The notes under the pieces were generated by a model. It worked only from the letters and a program-made list of their open reading frames with translations, was not told the origin of the DNA and ran no database searches. From an uncultured Acidobacteriota bacterium (GTDB lineage Bacteria > Acidobacteriota > Blastocatellia > RBC074): a stretch of 64,000 nt of DNA. The translations under genes were made by a program, and so were the position numbers. Shown piece by piece: positions 31,489 to 42,286 of this stretch (position 1 is its first letter; every line of letters starts with the position of its first letter). The stretch spans positions 64,001-128,000 of the forward strand of contig CAWCKY010000002.1 of the NCBI GenBank assembly GCA_963796275.1, written 5' to 3'.

Positions 31489-31932
31489 ATGGAACCTCAT
31501 TCAATCCCAGAATTTCATATTTTAGACGGCTTCGCTCCGATCGTCGTTGCGATTGTTTTCATTATCGGTTCATCTCTGATGAAAGAGCCGAACAGAAGGA
31601 ATTTCATGGCGATCATGATAGCTGGCGCTGGTGCCGCATATCTGAGTGGTGGTGGCCTCGGCAAATGGGAATTTGCTTTTACGGCAATTGTTACCTTTTG
31701 CGCTTACAAAGGTCTTCAATCCTATAGCTTTATCGGGCTCGGTTGGATATTCCATACCCTCTGGGATGTCATACACCACTTTTACGGCGCCCCAATCATT
31801 CCTTTCCTATCAACTTCCTCGGCTGGATGTGCAATCACTGATGCTGTGATCGCGGTTTGGTTTTTTGCCAATGCCCCTTCTGTATTCGACATTATTAAAG
31901 CTAGCCGTCAAAAAAGTCCGAACTTAGTGTGA
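31489..31932 (+). CDS. Integral membrane protein (DUF6010-like)
   Basis: Several hydrophobic helices; AGAGAAYLSGG, GWIFHTLWDVIHH. Confidence 0.75.
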   Translation: MEPHSIPEFHILDGFAPIVVAIVFIIGSSLMKEPNRRNFMAIMIAGAGAAYLSGGGLGKWEFAFTAIVTFCAYKGLQSYSFIGLGWIFHTLWDVIHHFYGAPIIPFLSTSSAGCAITDAVIAVWFFANAPSVFDIIKASRQKSPNLV

Positions 31933-32387
31933 CACTTTTTTCGACTGACACTATCTGCATTAAGGTACTCGCTGTTTATACCTCGATGGCGCTCCCAACA
32001 CTGGAAGCGTGGAATTTGCGCGGATAGTCAAGTCGGTGGCGGGGAATAGTCCGGGCAGTCTCTCATCCCGAAACTGCCGCAGCCGCCGGCAGAGGATGCT
32101 ATAGGCTTGCTCGCGCGCATCGGTCTGTTCTTCGGTCGACCTTCATGGCACACGGCGCACAGAAACTTTTTGACGCATTCGGTGGGCCAGGGCTTTCGGC
32201 CATCATCCAGTTGATGTGGCCTTCGGAAGCGCCTTATTGAACACCTCATTATTAGTATGTTTAAATACGAATGTAGTAGTAGAGAAAATCAATCTCGTGA
32301 TGTGTATTCCGCTCGGGCTCAATAAAGTGACTGGCGCGTCAGGATTGCCGAATTGACTTAAAGGAAAAGGAATAAGACGCCTAGCCC

Positions 32388-32437
32388 TCTTCAAAGCCTG
32401 GTGTCCCACATATCTTCAAAGCCTGGTGTCCCACATA
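32388..32437. repeat. Perfect 25-bp tandem duplication
   Basis: TCTTCAAAGCCTGGTGTCCCACATA x2. Confidence 0.9.
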
Positions 32438-32524
32438 AATGAGCAGGGACTCCATGAATCGGTGTTAGTCAGCTCTCGTCGGTTGAAAACTATCCCCATT
32501 TATGGGCCAAAAAAGGAGATTGTC

Positions 32525-33226
32525 ATGCACAAAGTAACGAACGTCGTTCTCGTTCACGGTGGTTTCGTGGACGGTTCAGGATGGAAGGATGTCTATAAGA
32601 TTCTGAGGAAGGATGGCTATGCGGTCAGCATCGTCCAGAATCCGACAATATCGCTGGCAGATGATGTTGCCGCGACCAGGCACATGATTGAGATGCATAA
32701 TGGCCCCGTGATTCTCGTGGGTCACTCCTATGGTGGAGCGGTGATTACAGAAGCTGGCAATGATCCAAAGGTCGTGGGACTTGTCTATATTGCCGCCTTT
32801 GCTCTTGACCAAGGCGAATCGGTCTCTACGCTTATCAAGGACGCTCCACCCGACGCGCCCGTTCCGCCGATCCTGCCCCCACGGGACGGCTTTCTATTTC
32901 TCGACAAGGCGAAGTTTCCAGCATCATTTGCGGCGGACGTGGACGCAGATGGAGCCGCTTTCATGGCTGACTCTCAGGTTCCATGGGGCGTGGACGCGCT
33001 CAGCGGCACGATCAGCGTGCCAGCGTGGAAAACCAAGCCGAGTTGGTACATGGTCGCCACTCAGGACAAGATGATTCCTCCAGCTGCCCAACACTTCATG
33101 TCTAAACGTGCCGGGGCAAAAGTCGTAGAGGTTGCAGGCAGTCATGCGATCTACCTATCACAGCCAAACGCTGTGGCCGCGCTAATCACACAGGCCGCTA
33201 AAGGAGCGGAAGCTGCGGCGAATTGA
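32525..33226 (+). CDS. Alpha/beta hydrolase (paralog family of 10095)
   Basis: VLVHGGFVDGS, GHSYGG, GSHA; AGGAG RBS. Confidence 0.9.
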   Translation: MHKVTNVVLVHGGFVDGSGWKDVYKILRKDGYAVSIVQNPTISLADDVAATRHMIEMHNGPVILVGHSYGGAVITEAGNDPKVVGLVYIAAFALDQGESVSTLIKDAPPDAPVPPILPPRDGFLFLDKAKFPASFAADVDADGAAFMADSQVPWGVDALSGTISVPAWKTKPSWYMVATQDKMIPPAAQHFMSKRAGAKVVEVAGSHAIYLSQPNAVAALITQAAKGAEAAAN

Positions 33227-33551
33227 GACTCGCGTCGGGAGCTGTTATTTAGATGGCGGCGCGGTGAACATCCTAGCTGGGCGTTTTTATTGTGAAAACT
33301 TGCGACGCCTCAATACGCGTTAAGTCCCTACCCCGCGCCGCCTCGTCCTCCCCCCCCCCGCGATTGCCTCCCATGGCCCGCTTCCCTTCCTCCCAAACCG
33401 GCCGGAGACAGTTGACGGTAATCGAGAGTGTAGGTTTACTCAACGTTCCATTACGAGAGGTTTCTCTAATTGGTTCTCGACTGACAGCTGCTGCCGTTCC
33501 GCCCGCTAAGGACATTACCATCACAATTAGTTCGAGGTCAGCACATCGGAT

Positions 33552-34310
33552 TCAAGTGGCCACAACTAGGCCGCCTGCGACTCGAATGACCTCTCCAGTG
33601 ATCCAGGCGGATTCGTCTGATGCTAGGAATACCGCCAGCGGTGCGATATCGGTGATGCGACCGATCCGGCCGAGCGGCGTCTTTTCAGCCAGAACGGCGC
33701 CCGCACCACCCTCAAAGGTCCCCGCAGCTATATTGCCTTCGGTTTCCGTATGACCGGGAGAGATGGCGTTGACGCGGATATTGCGCGGCGCCAGTTCGAG
33801 CGCCAATCCCCTAGTCAGCGTTTCGATGGCGCCTTTCGTGGACGCGTACAGCAGAGCTCCCGCCACGGGATGCGAACCGACGATGGAGCTGAGGTTGATG
33901 ATGCTCCCGCCATCGGCGCCGAACCGCTTGATCGCCTCTTGCACAGCGAGAATCGCTCCGAGAACGTTGATGTTAAAGTGGAAGTGAAAGCTCTCTTCGG
34001 TAATCTCGGCGAAGGCACCGAAGCGGAATACCCCGGCGTTATTGACCAGAACGTCCAGTCTTCCGAACGCGGAGTCCACCTCTTTGAATAGCCGCGTGAC
34101 ATCCGCGGGATTGGACACGTCGGCCCCGACCGCGATCGCCTTGCCCCCGCTGTCGATGATGGTCTGAGCGACCCGTTCGGCGCCTTCCCGGTCGGAAGAA
34201 TAGTTCACGGCTACGCGTGCGCCCGCAGCAGCCAATGCCGTTGCAATCCCAGCGCCTATGCCTTTGGACGCTCCAGTCACTATTGCCACTTTGTCAGATA
34301 GTCTGTTCAT
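33552..34310 (-). CDS. Short-chain dehydrogenase/reductase
   Basis: TGASKGIG, NNAG, YASTK. Confidence 0.92.
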   Translation of the reverse strand: MNRLSDKVAIVTGASKGIGAGIATALAAAGARVAVNYSSDREGAERVAQTIIDSGGKAIAVGADVSNPADVTRLFKEVDSAFGRLDVLVNNAGVFRFGAFAEITEESFHFHFNINVLGAILAVQEAIKRFGADGGSIINLSSIVGSHPVAGALLYASTKGAIETLTRGLALELAPRNIRVNAISPGHTETEGNIAAGTFEGGAGAVLAEKTPLGRIGRITDIAPLAVFLASDESAWITGEVIRVAGGLVVAT

Positions 34311-34380
34311 CTAAAACCTCAAAAGGATACTCCATCCATAGCGAACAACTCGGTGACTTGGGTGGAGAGGATTTTGAGAT
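34308..34380 (-). repeat. Dispersed leader element, copy 2
   Basis: Reverse complement reads cctctccacccaagtcaccgagttgttcgctatggatggagtatccttttgaggttttagatg. Confidence 0.85.
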
Positions 34381-34508
34381 CGAGGGAATCACGGAGAGTT
34401 TATCCTCTCCCGCTTTCTTCGATGATTCGTTAGAATCACTCTTCCCTCTGCTTATGCTTCAGGGTGATGTTAGCCTCGCCGATGTTATCGGACATCCTCG
34501 TCTTCCTT

Positions 34509-36185
34509 TCATTCGCGCAGCGCTTGATGGACAAAGGCGACCGCAATCGATCCTTCCCCGACTGCCGACGCCACACGCTTGAGGCTGCCTCCGCGGACGT
34601 CGCCGACAGCGAATACCCCTGGCAGACTCGTTTCCAGGAGATGAGGGGCCCGGGCAAGCGGCCAATTCGCCGCGGCCAATTCGTCCTGCGACAGATCCGG
34701 CCCCGTTTTGATGAAACCTTTCGCGTCGAGCGCGACGCAACCGTCGAGCCAGTGGGTGTTTGGAATGGCGCCTGCCATAACGAAGACATGGCTGATGTTG
34801 CGCATCTCGATGTCCCCAGTTTGATTGTCCCGCCAGCAAACGCGCTCGAGATGATAATTCCCTTCAAGAGCAACGATTTCTGTGTGCAGTCTTAAGACGA
34901 TGGCAGGACTCTGTTCGATGCGGCGAATTAGGTAGCGCGACATGGTCTCCGCCAATCTGTCAGATCGGACGAGCAGGTACACGCGTCTGGCGGTCTGGGC
35001 GAGAAACACGGCGGCTTGGCCCGCTGAGTTGCCTCCGCCTACCACAATCACTTCTTCATCACGGCAAAGTTGGGCCTCAATAAATGTCGCGACGTAATAG
35101 ACACCCGCGCTTTCGAATTTCGACAAGTTATCGAGCGATGGTTTCCGATATTCGGCGCCGGTCGCGATGATGATAGTGCGCGCCGGTACACTCAGCCCAC
35201 CGTCCACCTCAACGGCATATGGCTTCCGGTCGCACACAAGCTTTTTGGCGCCCTTCGCGATGATCAGTTGCGCCCCGAACTTTTGCGACTGTACGTAAGC
35301 GCGCGCAGCGAGTTCCTGCCCCGAGATGCCTGTGGGAAAGCCGAGGTAATTTTCGATCTTGGAGCTTGAACCTGCCTGTCCCCCCGGTGCGTTAGCTTCC
35401 AGCGCCAGAACATCAAGTCCTTCAGACGCGCCATACACAGCCGCCGAAAGGCCCGCAGGTCCGGCGCCGACGATAACCAGGTCGCGGATCTGTGTCTGGT
35501 CAATCGCCTCGTTGAAGCCGAGACAATCGGCGAGTTGTTGATTGGTCGGATTGCGAAGTACAACCTTGTCGTAACAGATCACAACAGGCACGTCAGCCGG
35601 GGTGACGTGGAAATGATCCAGCAATTCCTGTACGTCGGCGTCGCGGTCAAGATCGATGGACGAATACGGGTGTCCGTTACGGGTCAGGAACTCTTTGACG
35701 CGAAGTGTCCCCGCACAATGGCTCGACCCGACGATCGCAATATCCCCTAGTCCATGAGCAATCAACTCTATTCGGCGGAGGATGAAGGCTCGCATGAAAA
35801 TATCGCTCAACTCGCTGTCCGTTTGCACAAGCGTCAGCAGATGTTCGCGATCAACTTCAATCACTTCGCTCGTCTCGCCTGCCCGTATCTGGGCCAGCCC
35901 GCGGCGCCCCGTAAGAAGTGTTACTTCGCCAGTAAACATACCCGGACCATAGATAGCTATAAGCTCTTCGGTTGCGCCTGATAGCCGTATAATCTCGATT
36001 TGACCTGCGGTGACGACGAAGAACCGGGCAGTGCGAATGCCGGCTTCGACCAGCACTTCACCGCGTTGCACGCGCCGCACGCGACCATGCGCCGCGATCC
36101 GCGCGATCTGGGCCTCCGTCAATGTCGGGAGTATTTTTTCGGTGGGCGCCTTTGCCGATTGGATTATCGGGGTTTTATCATTCAT
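34509..36185 (-). CDS. cNMP-binding domain + thioredoxin-reductase-like FAD oxidoreductase
   Basis: N-terminal cNMP domain (FTGEVTLL), GAGPAG, IENYLGFP, GGGNSA, GDVR...KRVASAVGEG. Confidence 0.9.
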   Translation of the reverse strand: MNDKTPIIQSAKAPTEKILPTLTEAQIARIAAHGRVRRVQRGEVLVEAGIRTARFFVVTAGQIEIIRLSGATEELIAIYGPGMFTGEVTLLTGRRGLAQIRAGETSEVIEVDREHLLTLVQTDSELSDIFMRAFILRRIELIAHGLGDIAIVGSSHCAGTLRVKEFLTRNGHPYSSIDLDRDADVQELLDHFHVTPADVPVVICYDKVVLRNPTNQQLADCLGFNEAIDQTQIRDLVIVGAGPAGLSAAVYGASEGLDVLALEANAPGGQAGSSSKIENYLGFPTGISGQELAARAYVQSQKFGAQLIIAKGAKKLVCDRKPYAVEVDGGLSVPARTIIIATGAEYRKPSLDNLSKFESAGVYYVATFIEAQLCRDEEVIVVGGGNSAGQAAVFLAQTARRVYLLVRSDRLAETMSRYLIRRIEQSPAIVLRLHTEIVALEGNYHLERVCWRDNQTGDIEMRNISHVFVMAGAIPNTHWLDGCVALDAKGFIKTGPDLSQDELAAANWPLARAPHLLETSLPGVFAVGDVRGGSLKRVASAVGEGSIAVAFVHQALRE

Positions 36186-36439
36186 AGTATTGAGCGTCCT
36201 CCTTTCGTTCCCTACTGAGCCTATTACTCCTTAACCTGCAGGGCTTCCCAAAGAATCGCCTATAAGGCTGGATCGTTACCCTAATTTAAGGAGACGTCGG
36301 CCTACGTTTCAATAGGCCATCGACGTGTCGTCGTGCCGTCGTGCCGCCCTGTCTCTTTGATAAATCGGCTGGTCCAGCACGTCTGATTGATCGATTGCCT
36401 GCCTTGATGCAGCCGGTGGAAGAACCCTCCTGATGAATA

Positions 36440-37675
36440 TTAGTAGTCCCCTTTCTTCTCCTTTCCCTTCTCGTAGAAAGGCTCTTTGAGGCCGCGCCGC
36501 GCCTGTTCCCTCGTGTCGTAAACGTTGGGCCGCGTCAGTACGACCTTGTACTGTAACACCGCCTCATTGCGCAGCCCCGCCAGGTCATAAACCTGGGCCG
36601 ACCTCAATAGGGCCAGGGTGGCTAGGTTCGCATCTGATCCATCGCACTTCGGTACCGCAAGGAAATGCTCGACCGCGCGTTTATACTCTTGGTTGAGCAC
36701 CAGCGCTTCAGCAAACTGGTAATGGATCAGGTCACCTGCCTGTCCCGCCTCGGGCTCTTGAAGTAGTTCCTCAAAAGCTTCGTATGCGTCTTGAGTGTGC
36801 TTGAGCGATACCAAAGTATATGTCTTCTCCAGCTTGACCAGATAATTGCGCGGGTACTTGGCGGAGAGATAGTCGAGAATGTTAAGCGCGTCGTGATATC
36901 GTTTCTCGTTTTGGTAGACCGCCAATAACAAGACGCGCGCGCCATCAGCAGACGCGGCCTCTTTCTCGATGGCCGTTTGAAGCCTCTTGATCCCGCGCTC
37001 GGCGTTCCCGCGGTGCCCGGCAATCACTGCCATCGCTTTATAGGCGAAGGGCAGATTCCCCAATATGTAGTCATACATCCCGACCGAGAGATAGGCGTCG
37101 TAGTAGTCTGGTTCCAACTTCAAAACCTTCTGATGCGCATCCACGCTGCGCGACCCATTACGCAGCGCGGTGAAGAATTTGCGCGCGGTCGAGGCTTCAT
37201 ACCCAGCCATCACACCGTAAATGGCCCCGAGAAAATAGAGCGCATCGGCATCATTCCTGTTGCGAGCGACGAGCGCGAGCGCCTTGGTCTTGGCTTGCGC
37301 CATCAGATCGCGAAACGTGCGATCGACCGCCGGGTCGACCGCATCGCCTTCGGTCTCCTCCTTCGCTTTGTCGGCGCCGGCATAGAAGCTTGATCGGTCG
37401 CGATAGAGGCTGGTCTGCAGGCGACGACTCTTGTATAGGTGTTCGAGCCAGGTGACTGTCGCCAGATAAAGGTAGCCTGCAGGATGATACGGTAAGCGCT
37501 TCCTGATCTCATCGTATTTAGCCCGCGCAGTGGTGTAATCAATGTTATAGGTAGCCGCATTCGCCTCGGCCCTCAACTGGATCACATCAGGCGGCAGAGC
37601 GGCACCCTTATCCTGCGTCTGCCCCAAGACCAATCCAGGCAGAACGGCGAGGAAGAAAATTGCAATTTTATTCAT
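36440..37675 (-). CDS. Secreted tetratricopeptide-repeat protein
   Basis: Signal peptide; helical repeats (P.YYDAYL..G, A...Y..V). Confidence 0.75.
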   Translation of the reverse strand: MNKIAIFFLAVLPGLVLGQTQDKGAALPPDVIQLRAEANAATYNIDYTTARAKYDEIRKRLPYHPAGYLYLATVTWLEHLYKSRRLQTSLYRDRSSFYAGADKAKEETEGDAVDPAVDRTFRDLMAQAKTKALALVARNRNDADALYFLGAIYGVMAGYEASTARKFFTALRNGSRSVDAHQKVLKLEPDYYDAYLSVGMYDYILGNLPFAYKAMAVIAGHRGNAERGIKRLQTAIEKEAASADGARVLLLAVYQNEKRYHDALNILDYLSAKYPRNYLVKLEKTYTLVSLKHTQDAYEAFEELLQEPEAGQAGDLIHYQFAEALVLNQEYKRAVEHFLAVPKCDGSDANLATLALLRSAQVYDLAGLRNEAVLQYKVVLTRPNVYDTREQARRGLKEPFYEKGKEKKGDY

Positions 37676-38124
37676 ATCTCATCCCAGTTCCCGAACCAAA
37701 CAGAAGATAATTCATCCTCTTCGAAGCGTCCCAGCTAGACAAATCCCTGCATCCTCGCGGCGGGCGGAGCACATAGGGCTGCAGCAGAAAGGTGGTGTAC
37801 AGGGAGGTAAGGGATTAGACGGACAGCCGTACCTCAAAACCGCGGGTAGCACCGAGATGAAATGTCAGGCTTCGACATGCGCATGCTTACACTTTATTGA
37901 ACCCCTGAGCCCTGACCGTGGTCAGGCTACTCAGCGAGCAGAACCAGTTACTCTATGAAGGAGGAATTACTTGTAGGAGTAGTTAATAGGAGCGATTAAG
38001 ATGATAACTCGATCAATGACTTTCTACAACCAAGCCACTTTGCCCAGACAGTGATTGCTCTCTCAAGGTGCTCGTTTCGCCGCGCTGCACCATAGGATTA
38101 ATGGCGGGCGAAGCGCCCTCGATG

Positions 38125-38181
38125 CAAAATTCATCTCCAGCCAAGCTCGCCAAGATGCTCGCTATGGATGGAGTATTCTTT
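38125..38181 (+). repeat. Dispersed leader element, copy 3 (orphan)
   Basis: tctccagccaagctcgccaagatgctcgctatggatggagtattcttt; lacks the GAGG-ATG tail. Confidence 0.85.
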
Positions 38182-38280
38182 CCGCGAACTTCAGATAAAT
38201 TGGCGATCGGCGACTGCAAATCGGCGATCTTTGCAGGGACGTACACCAAAGAACGGTGTGCGTCCCTGCTGGCTCTGTTC

Positions 38281-39870
38281 TCAGCGGCGGTGGATTTCGA
38301 AAATCGCGCCCTTTGAGAGTGAAACGACAAAGAGGTTGCCATTGGGTCCGGTCTCGATGTCGGTGCCGACTCCGAAGTCACGGCCGATAAGGAGGCTTTC
38401 GCTCTCGGTAATATCATGTTTCGCGAGGTTGTCAGCCACGCGGTCCTTGAGCCGTGGGTCGTCCACCGCGATTCTTCCGCGGTTGCGGGTCAGTTTGAGA
38501 CGGAACAGGTAGCCACCCTCCAAGAGAGGCGTTGCAGCCCCCACGAACAGGTCTCCTTCGAACTTGCTCCCTAACGCAGGGCTATTCACGAACCCGATCC
38601 CTCCTGGGGCAACTTCGAACTTCCAACTGAATTCGGGGTCGCTGTAATCTGCGTCGCGCAACATAAAGAGGCGCGAGAGGGCCTCCTGCGGTGTATCGGC
38701 AATATTCGTGGGTGGCCAGCGGATTTGCTGAAGTTCGGCACCGGGCACACCTCCAGATGGAGGTAAGGTTAACTCGATTTGTTTGAACTGCTCGATTCGC
38801 GATACCGGACCCATGATTTGGATCCAACCCCCGTTCATTCCCGGCTCGACGCGATCAATTTCGCTGAAGGAATCATCGCCGTTTTGTTGTATCCACAGGT
38901 CCTCAGACCGGGGATCGACAGCCATACCAAAGCTGTTGCGGAAGCCATAAGCGAAAACCTTCTGGATGTTTGTCCCGACTTCGCCACCCATTTTCTCGCC
39001 GACTTCGAAAAACGGATTGTCCTGGGGGATGGAACCGTCGTCATTCAGCCTGAGAACCACTCCGGAGAGGTGCGCATTATCCGGCTCCGGTCCTCCAAAT
39101 TGATCGTCCTGGACTTTCGGGCCCGGACAGTTAGCAGTGGGGCCACACGGAAGGTTCTGCATCCAGCCGCGCCGGCCCAAGTCGCCGATCAGGATGAAGA
39201 GCTTGGCGAGATCGTCATCCTTATCAGCCTTATCATCTCCATCCCTGCCGTCGTTGTTGGCATCGCCCTGTTCAAACGCAAGGACGCCGCCGTTATGGTT
39301 GCCTCGCTCTGGCTGACCGTCATCCTGCTGAATGGCGCGTATTCTGATGAGATTCCGATCTAACGTCAAAGTTGATCCGTTCCAAACAAAGCGATCCACG
39401 CGGTTGCCCAGCAACGGCGTCTCCGCGGGCACATTTGTGTCGGCGCCCGTGGTGCTTTCCGTCCAGTAAAGATAGACGCCAGGATTCCTCGGGAAGTCCG
39501 GGTGCAAGGCAATTCCCAGCAGACCACGTTCGGAAAAGAAGTTCACCGCAAGGTCCAGCACCGTAGCTCCGATGATTCCGTTTTCCACGCGCCGCACCCT
39601 GCCCGTGTTCTTTTCCAGCACGAGGATGTCATTAGCGCCGAGGAACGCAATGGTGCTTGGGGTAATCAGACCGCTGACGACTGTTCTAACAGCCAGGTCC
39701 GGGTGCAACATACTGGGCTCTGGTAATTGAGCTTCTACGCGGTCACTCGTGCTCAAAAGTACTACGACTGCAAGACCGGCAAGTAGTGCGCCAACCACAA
39801 CATAAAGCCGTTTCGTCGGCGTAGACGGATGTGTCGAACAATTTTCGCTGCTCTTTTTGAAAAGTCGCAT
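38281..39870 (-). CDS. PQQ-dependent glucose/sorbosone dehydrogenase family protein
   Basis: ERGLLGIALHPDF, NHNGG, GSIPQDNPF, AYGFRNSFG. Confidence 0.88.
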   Translation of the reverse strand: MRLFKKSSENCSTHPSTPTKRLYVVVGALLAGLAVVVLLSTSDRVEAQLPEPSMLHPDLAVRTVVSGLITPSTIAFLGANDILVLEKNTGRVRRVENGIIGATVLDLAVNFFSERGLLGIALHPDFPRNPGVYLYWTESTTGADTNVPAETPLLGNRVDRFVWNGSTLTLDRNLIRIRAIQQDDGQPERGNHNGGVLAFEQGDANNDGRDGDDKADKDDDLAKLFILIGDLGRRGWMQNLPCGPTANCPGPKVQDDQFGGPEPDNAHLSGVVLRLNDDGSIPQDNPFFEVGEKMGGEVGTNIQKVFAYGFRNSFGMAVDPRSEDLWIQQNGDDSFSEIDRVEPGMNGGWIQIMGPVSRIEQFKQIELTLPPSGGVPGAELQQIRWPPTNIADTPQEALSRLFMLRDADYSDPEFSWKFEVAPGGIGFVNSPALGSKFEGDLFVGAATPLLEGGYLFRLKLTRNRGRIAVDDPRLKDRVADNLAKHDITESESLLIGRDFGVGTDIETGPNGNLFVVSLSKGAIFEIHRR

Positions 39871-40779
39871 TAGCTAAGTTCTCCTCTCTGGTTCACTGTC
39901 AATCGCAGAAACTCTCTATACTCGGATTGTCGATCGGGAAAACGTTCGAACCCTCGCCACATCGTGCCCGATCAACGCAATTATCACCTTGGATAGAAAG
40001 CAGTTCGTATAGGGTTGATAGGTTTGGCGGCAAGCAACATCCAGGGGATCCCTGCCAATATTGCCACTAGGTATTTAGATCTACTCTTCATACACTGACT
40101 CTTTCTGTGGCCTTAACATCGTTAAGCCCCTATGAGACTCACATTTCCTCTGTTGGATGAAAACACGTGGGAGTTGCGCAACCATGACCTTGACCATCGC
40201 CGCACGGGCGAGAGTGGTCATTTCGCGCGAGACAATGCGCCGCGAACTGCACCAAGGCCTATGTCTGGAAGCGCGTCAGACTCCGTGCCAATAATGATGA
40301 CCCCGAGCGGGCGGCAAATTGGCACTCGTTCGTCAGACAATAGAGCATTTGGGTAAGGAGGAAGCCTTCTTTTGGTCGATGAACTCGAAATGCACCTCCT
40401 GGCGAAGGATAAGTTTCAGAGGATGCTCGAAGGGAGTTACACCGCAAGTACACTTACAATTTTGTCTGAGCAATTAGTGTTCCACTTGATCTGACAGATG
40501 TGATCGCACTTTTACAATGATTTTAGGTCTTCAAGGCGTGGGTCTGCGATACAGCGCTGACATCATCTGTGGCATTCCGTAAGACAGTAGTACATTCTGT
40601 TTTCACACAACGAGAACTCTATTGGAGTGGGAGGCTAGCTCCATAGCGAGCGATCAACCTGAGGCAATTCATTCCACCTAAGACGCCGATGTTCGTCGCC
40701 GGAGACGGCTCACCTATGGCATCGCTGCGGTCGGTCTCACTTTCTATCAGTACACTCGAAATACAGAAGTCGCAATCAA

Positions 40780-41255
40780 TCAATTACGGTCCTGCCATTT
40801 GTCAATCAGAACAACCAGCAGGACATGGATTACCGCTCGGATGGTTTGACTGAAGGGATCATCAACATCCTCACTCATCTTCCAAATCTTTGAAGCTCTC
40901 GGGTGAGCAACACACGCGTATGAATAAGCATTACACCGACAACCCCGATGCTTATCAGCTTTATTTGAGAGGCGCTTCTACTGGAACAAACGTACGGGTG
41001 GGCGCTGAAAAAATCGATCGAGTATTTCAACCAGGAAGTCGAGAAAGACCGAGCTACGCCTTGGCTTACGCGGGATTAGCCGATGCATATGGCTTGCTTT
41101 TGCTTCCCAGCTATGCGGCTAACTCATCCCAGGAGGCTGTTCCAAAAGCGAAAGCCGCATCAAGGAAAGCAATCGAGCTGGATGCCTCTCAGGCTGAGGC
41201 TCATACGTCGCTTGCGAACGCTGTGTTCAATTACGATTGGAACCTCCCGGAAGCA
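40780..41255 (+). pseudogene. Remnants of a TolB-like/TPR protein (kinase- or cyclase-associated type)
   Basis: VLPFVN...SDGLTEGIIN.L..LPNL; YTDNPDAYQLYLRG; YALAYAGLADAY; AIELD...AEAHTSLA...YDW. Confidence 0.75.
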
Positions 41256-41438
41256 ACTTTCGTAACGCTTCTCCTTCTGTCGCTGCCGGATCAGCGCATT
41301 GTTCATCGGCACCGAGGCCGCCAGCGCCAATCCGGTCACAAGAAGAAGAGCAATCGCGGCGCCGGCCATCTTGCGTTGCTTCCTTTCCTTCGTTATTTCG
41401 CTTTTGCGATTCACAGATATTTTCCTCCAAGGGTAGAA

Positions 41439-41998
41439 TCAAAACCGCAAGCGTATCCCGCCGAATATCGAGCGCCCATTCGCCGGCTCGAAGAAGGTAC
41501 CCGCGGCGCTGTCAACTTGAACCGACGCCGAGTAGAGCCGGTCGGTCAGATTATTCGCCGCGAAGAAGATGCCCCACCGTTGCCGGTCGAAGCCCGCCCT
41601 ACAATTCAGCACCGCGTACTTGTCGTTGCGCGCAGTGTTCGCGCTGTCCATGAAATAGGTCGCGGGCGACCAGTCAACGTTGGGCGCCATCCAGAAACCG
41701 CGCGGGTGGTCGTAGCGCAGCTCCGTGCGTAGAAGATGGCGCGGCGCGCCCGGCAGGTAGTTATTGAAGTACGTCAGGTCATCAACGTAGCGGAAACGCG
41801 AGAATGTGTAAACCGTGGCGCCGAGAGCGCGTCGCTGCCGGTGAAAAACCCTTTCCGGAGTGTGGCGTCGAGCGCGAGTTCAACTCCAGTGTGGCGCATG
41901 TTAGGAGCGCTGCGGAAGCTCGGAATCGTGAAGGGCGCGACGGGAAACGGGAGGACGTTGGTGTTGATGATTTCGTCGTTAATTTCAGGATTGAAGAA
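41439..41998 (-). pseudogene. TonB-dependent receptor C-terminal fragment
   Basis: RHTGVEL, LPGAPRH, Y.VLN..AGF, NNLTDRLY, GRSIFGGIRLRF with terminal Phe. Confidence 0.8.
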
Positions 41999-42286
41999 CG
42001 TCAGCTCTTAGTTGAGCCTTTCTCCCGCGATCAAAGTGCTGGATAGGCGCCAATACCCGTTCTTAAGTGGTTTTCACTACCTCAGTCGTGAATGGGTATT
42101 CGGGCAATGCTAGCTTCATTGATGCGAGAGATATCTGTCACGATGATGGTTGCCGTCGTCAGTGGTAGTGTCCGTTTCCATATCGATCGAAGGGGGCAAA
42201 CAATGATCTCTGAGATGAACGTCAAAAGTTATCCCTAGTGATGTTGCGTCGGTAAATTGTGGAACAATCTGGATCCTAACGAACTG

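Noticed and set aside
32388-32437. Possible CRISPR repeat
   Set aside because: Only two copies, no spacer and no cas genes.
33330-33400. C-rich tract as a G-quadruplex or phase-variable site
   Set aside because: Intergenic between convergent genes, low complexity, and possibly sequencing noise.
34509-36185. Missing CxxC as a novel or inactivating feature
   Set aside because: To my knowledge the YY.AT..E...C pattern is usual in cNMP/receiver-fused TrxB-like proteins.
39955-39985. Sigma54 promoter for the PQQ dehydrogenase (GGCACGATGTGGC, minus strand)
   Set aside because: GG-GC spacing is 9 rather than 10 from the GGCAC, and TTGC is absent.
40890-41732. 280-aa ORF as a real gene
   Set aside because: Chimera of TPR debris and the antisense strand of the TonB-receptor fragment.
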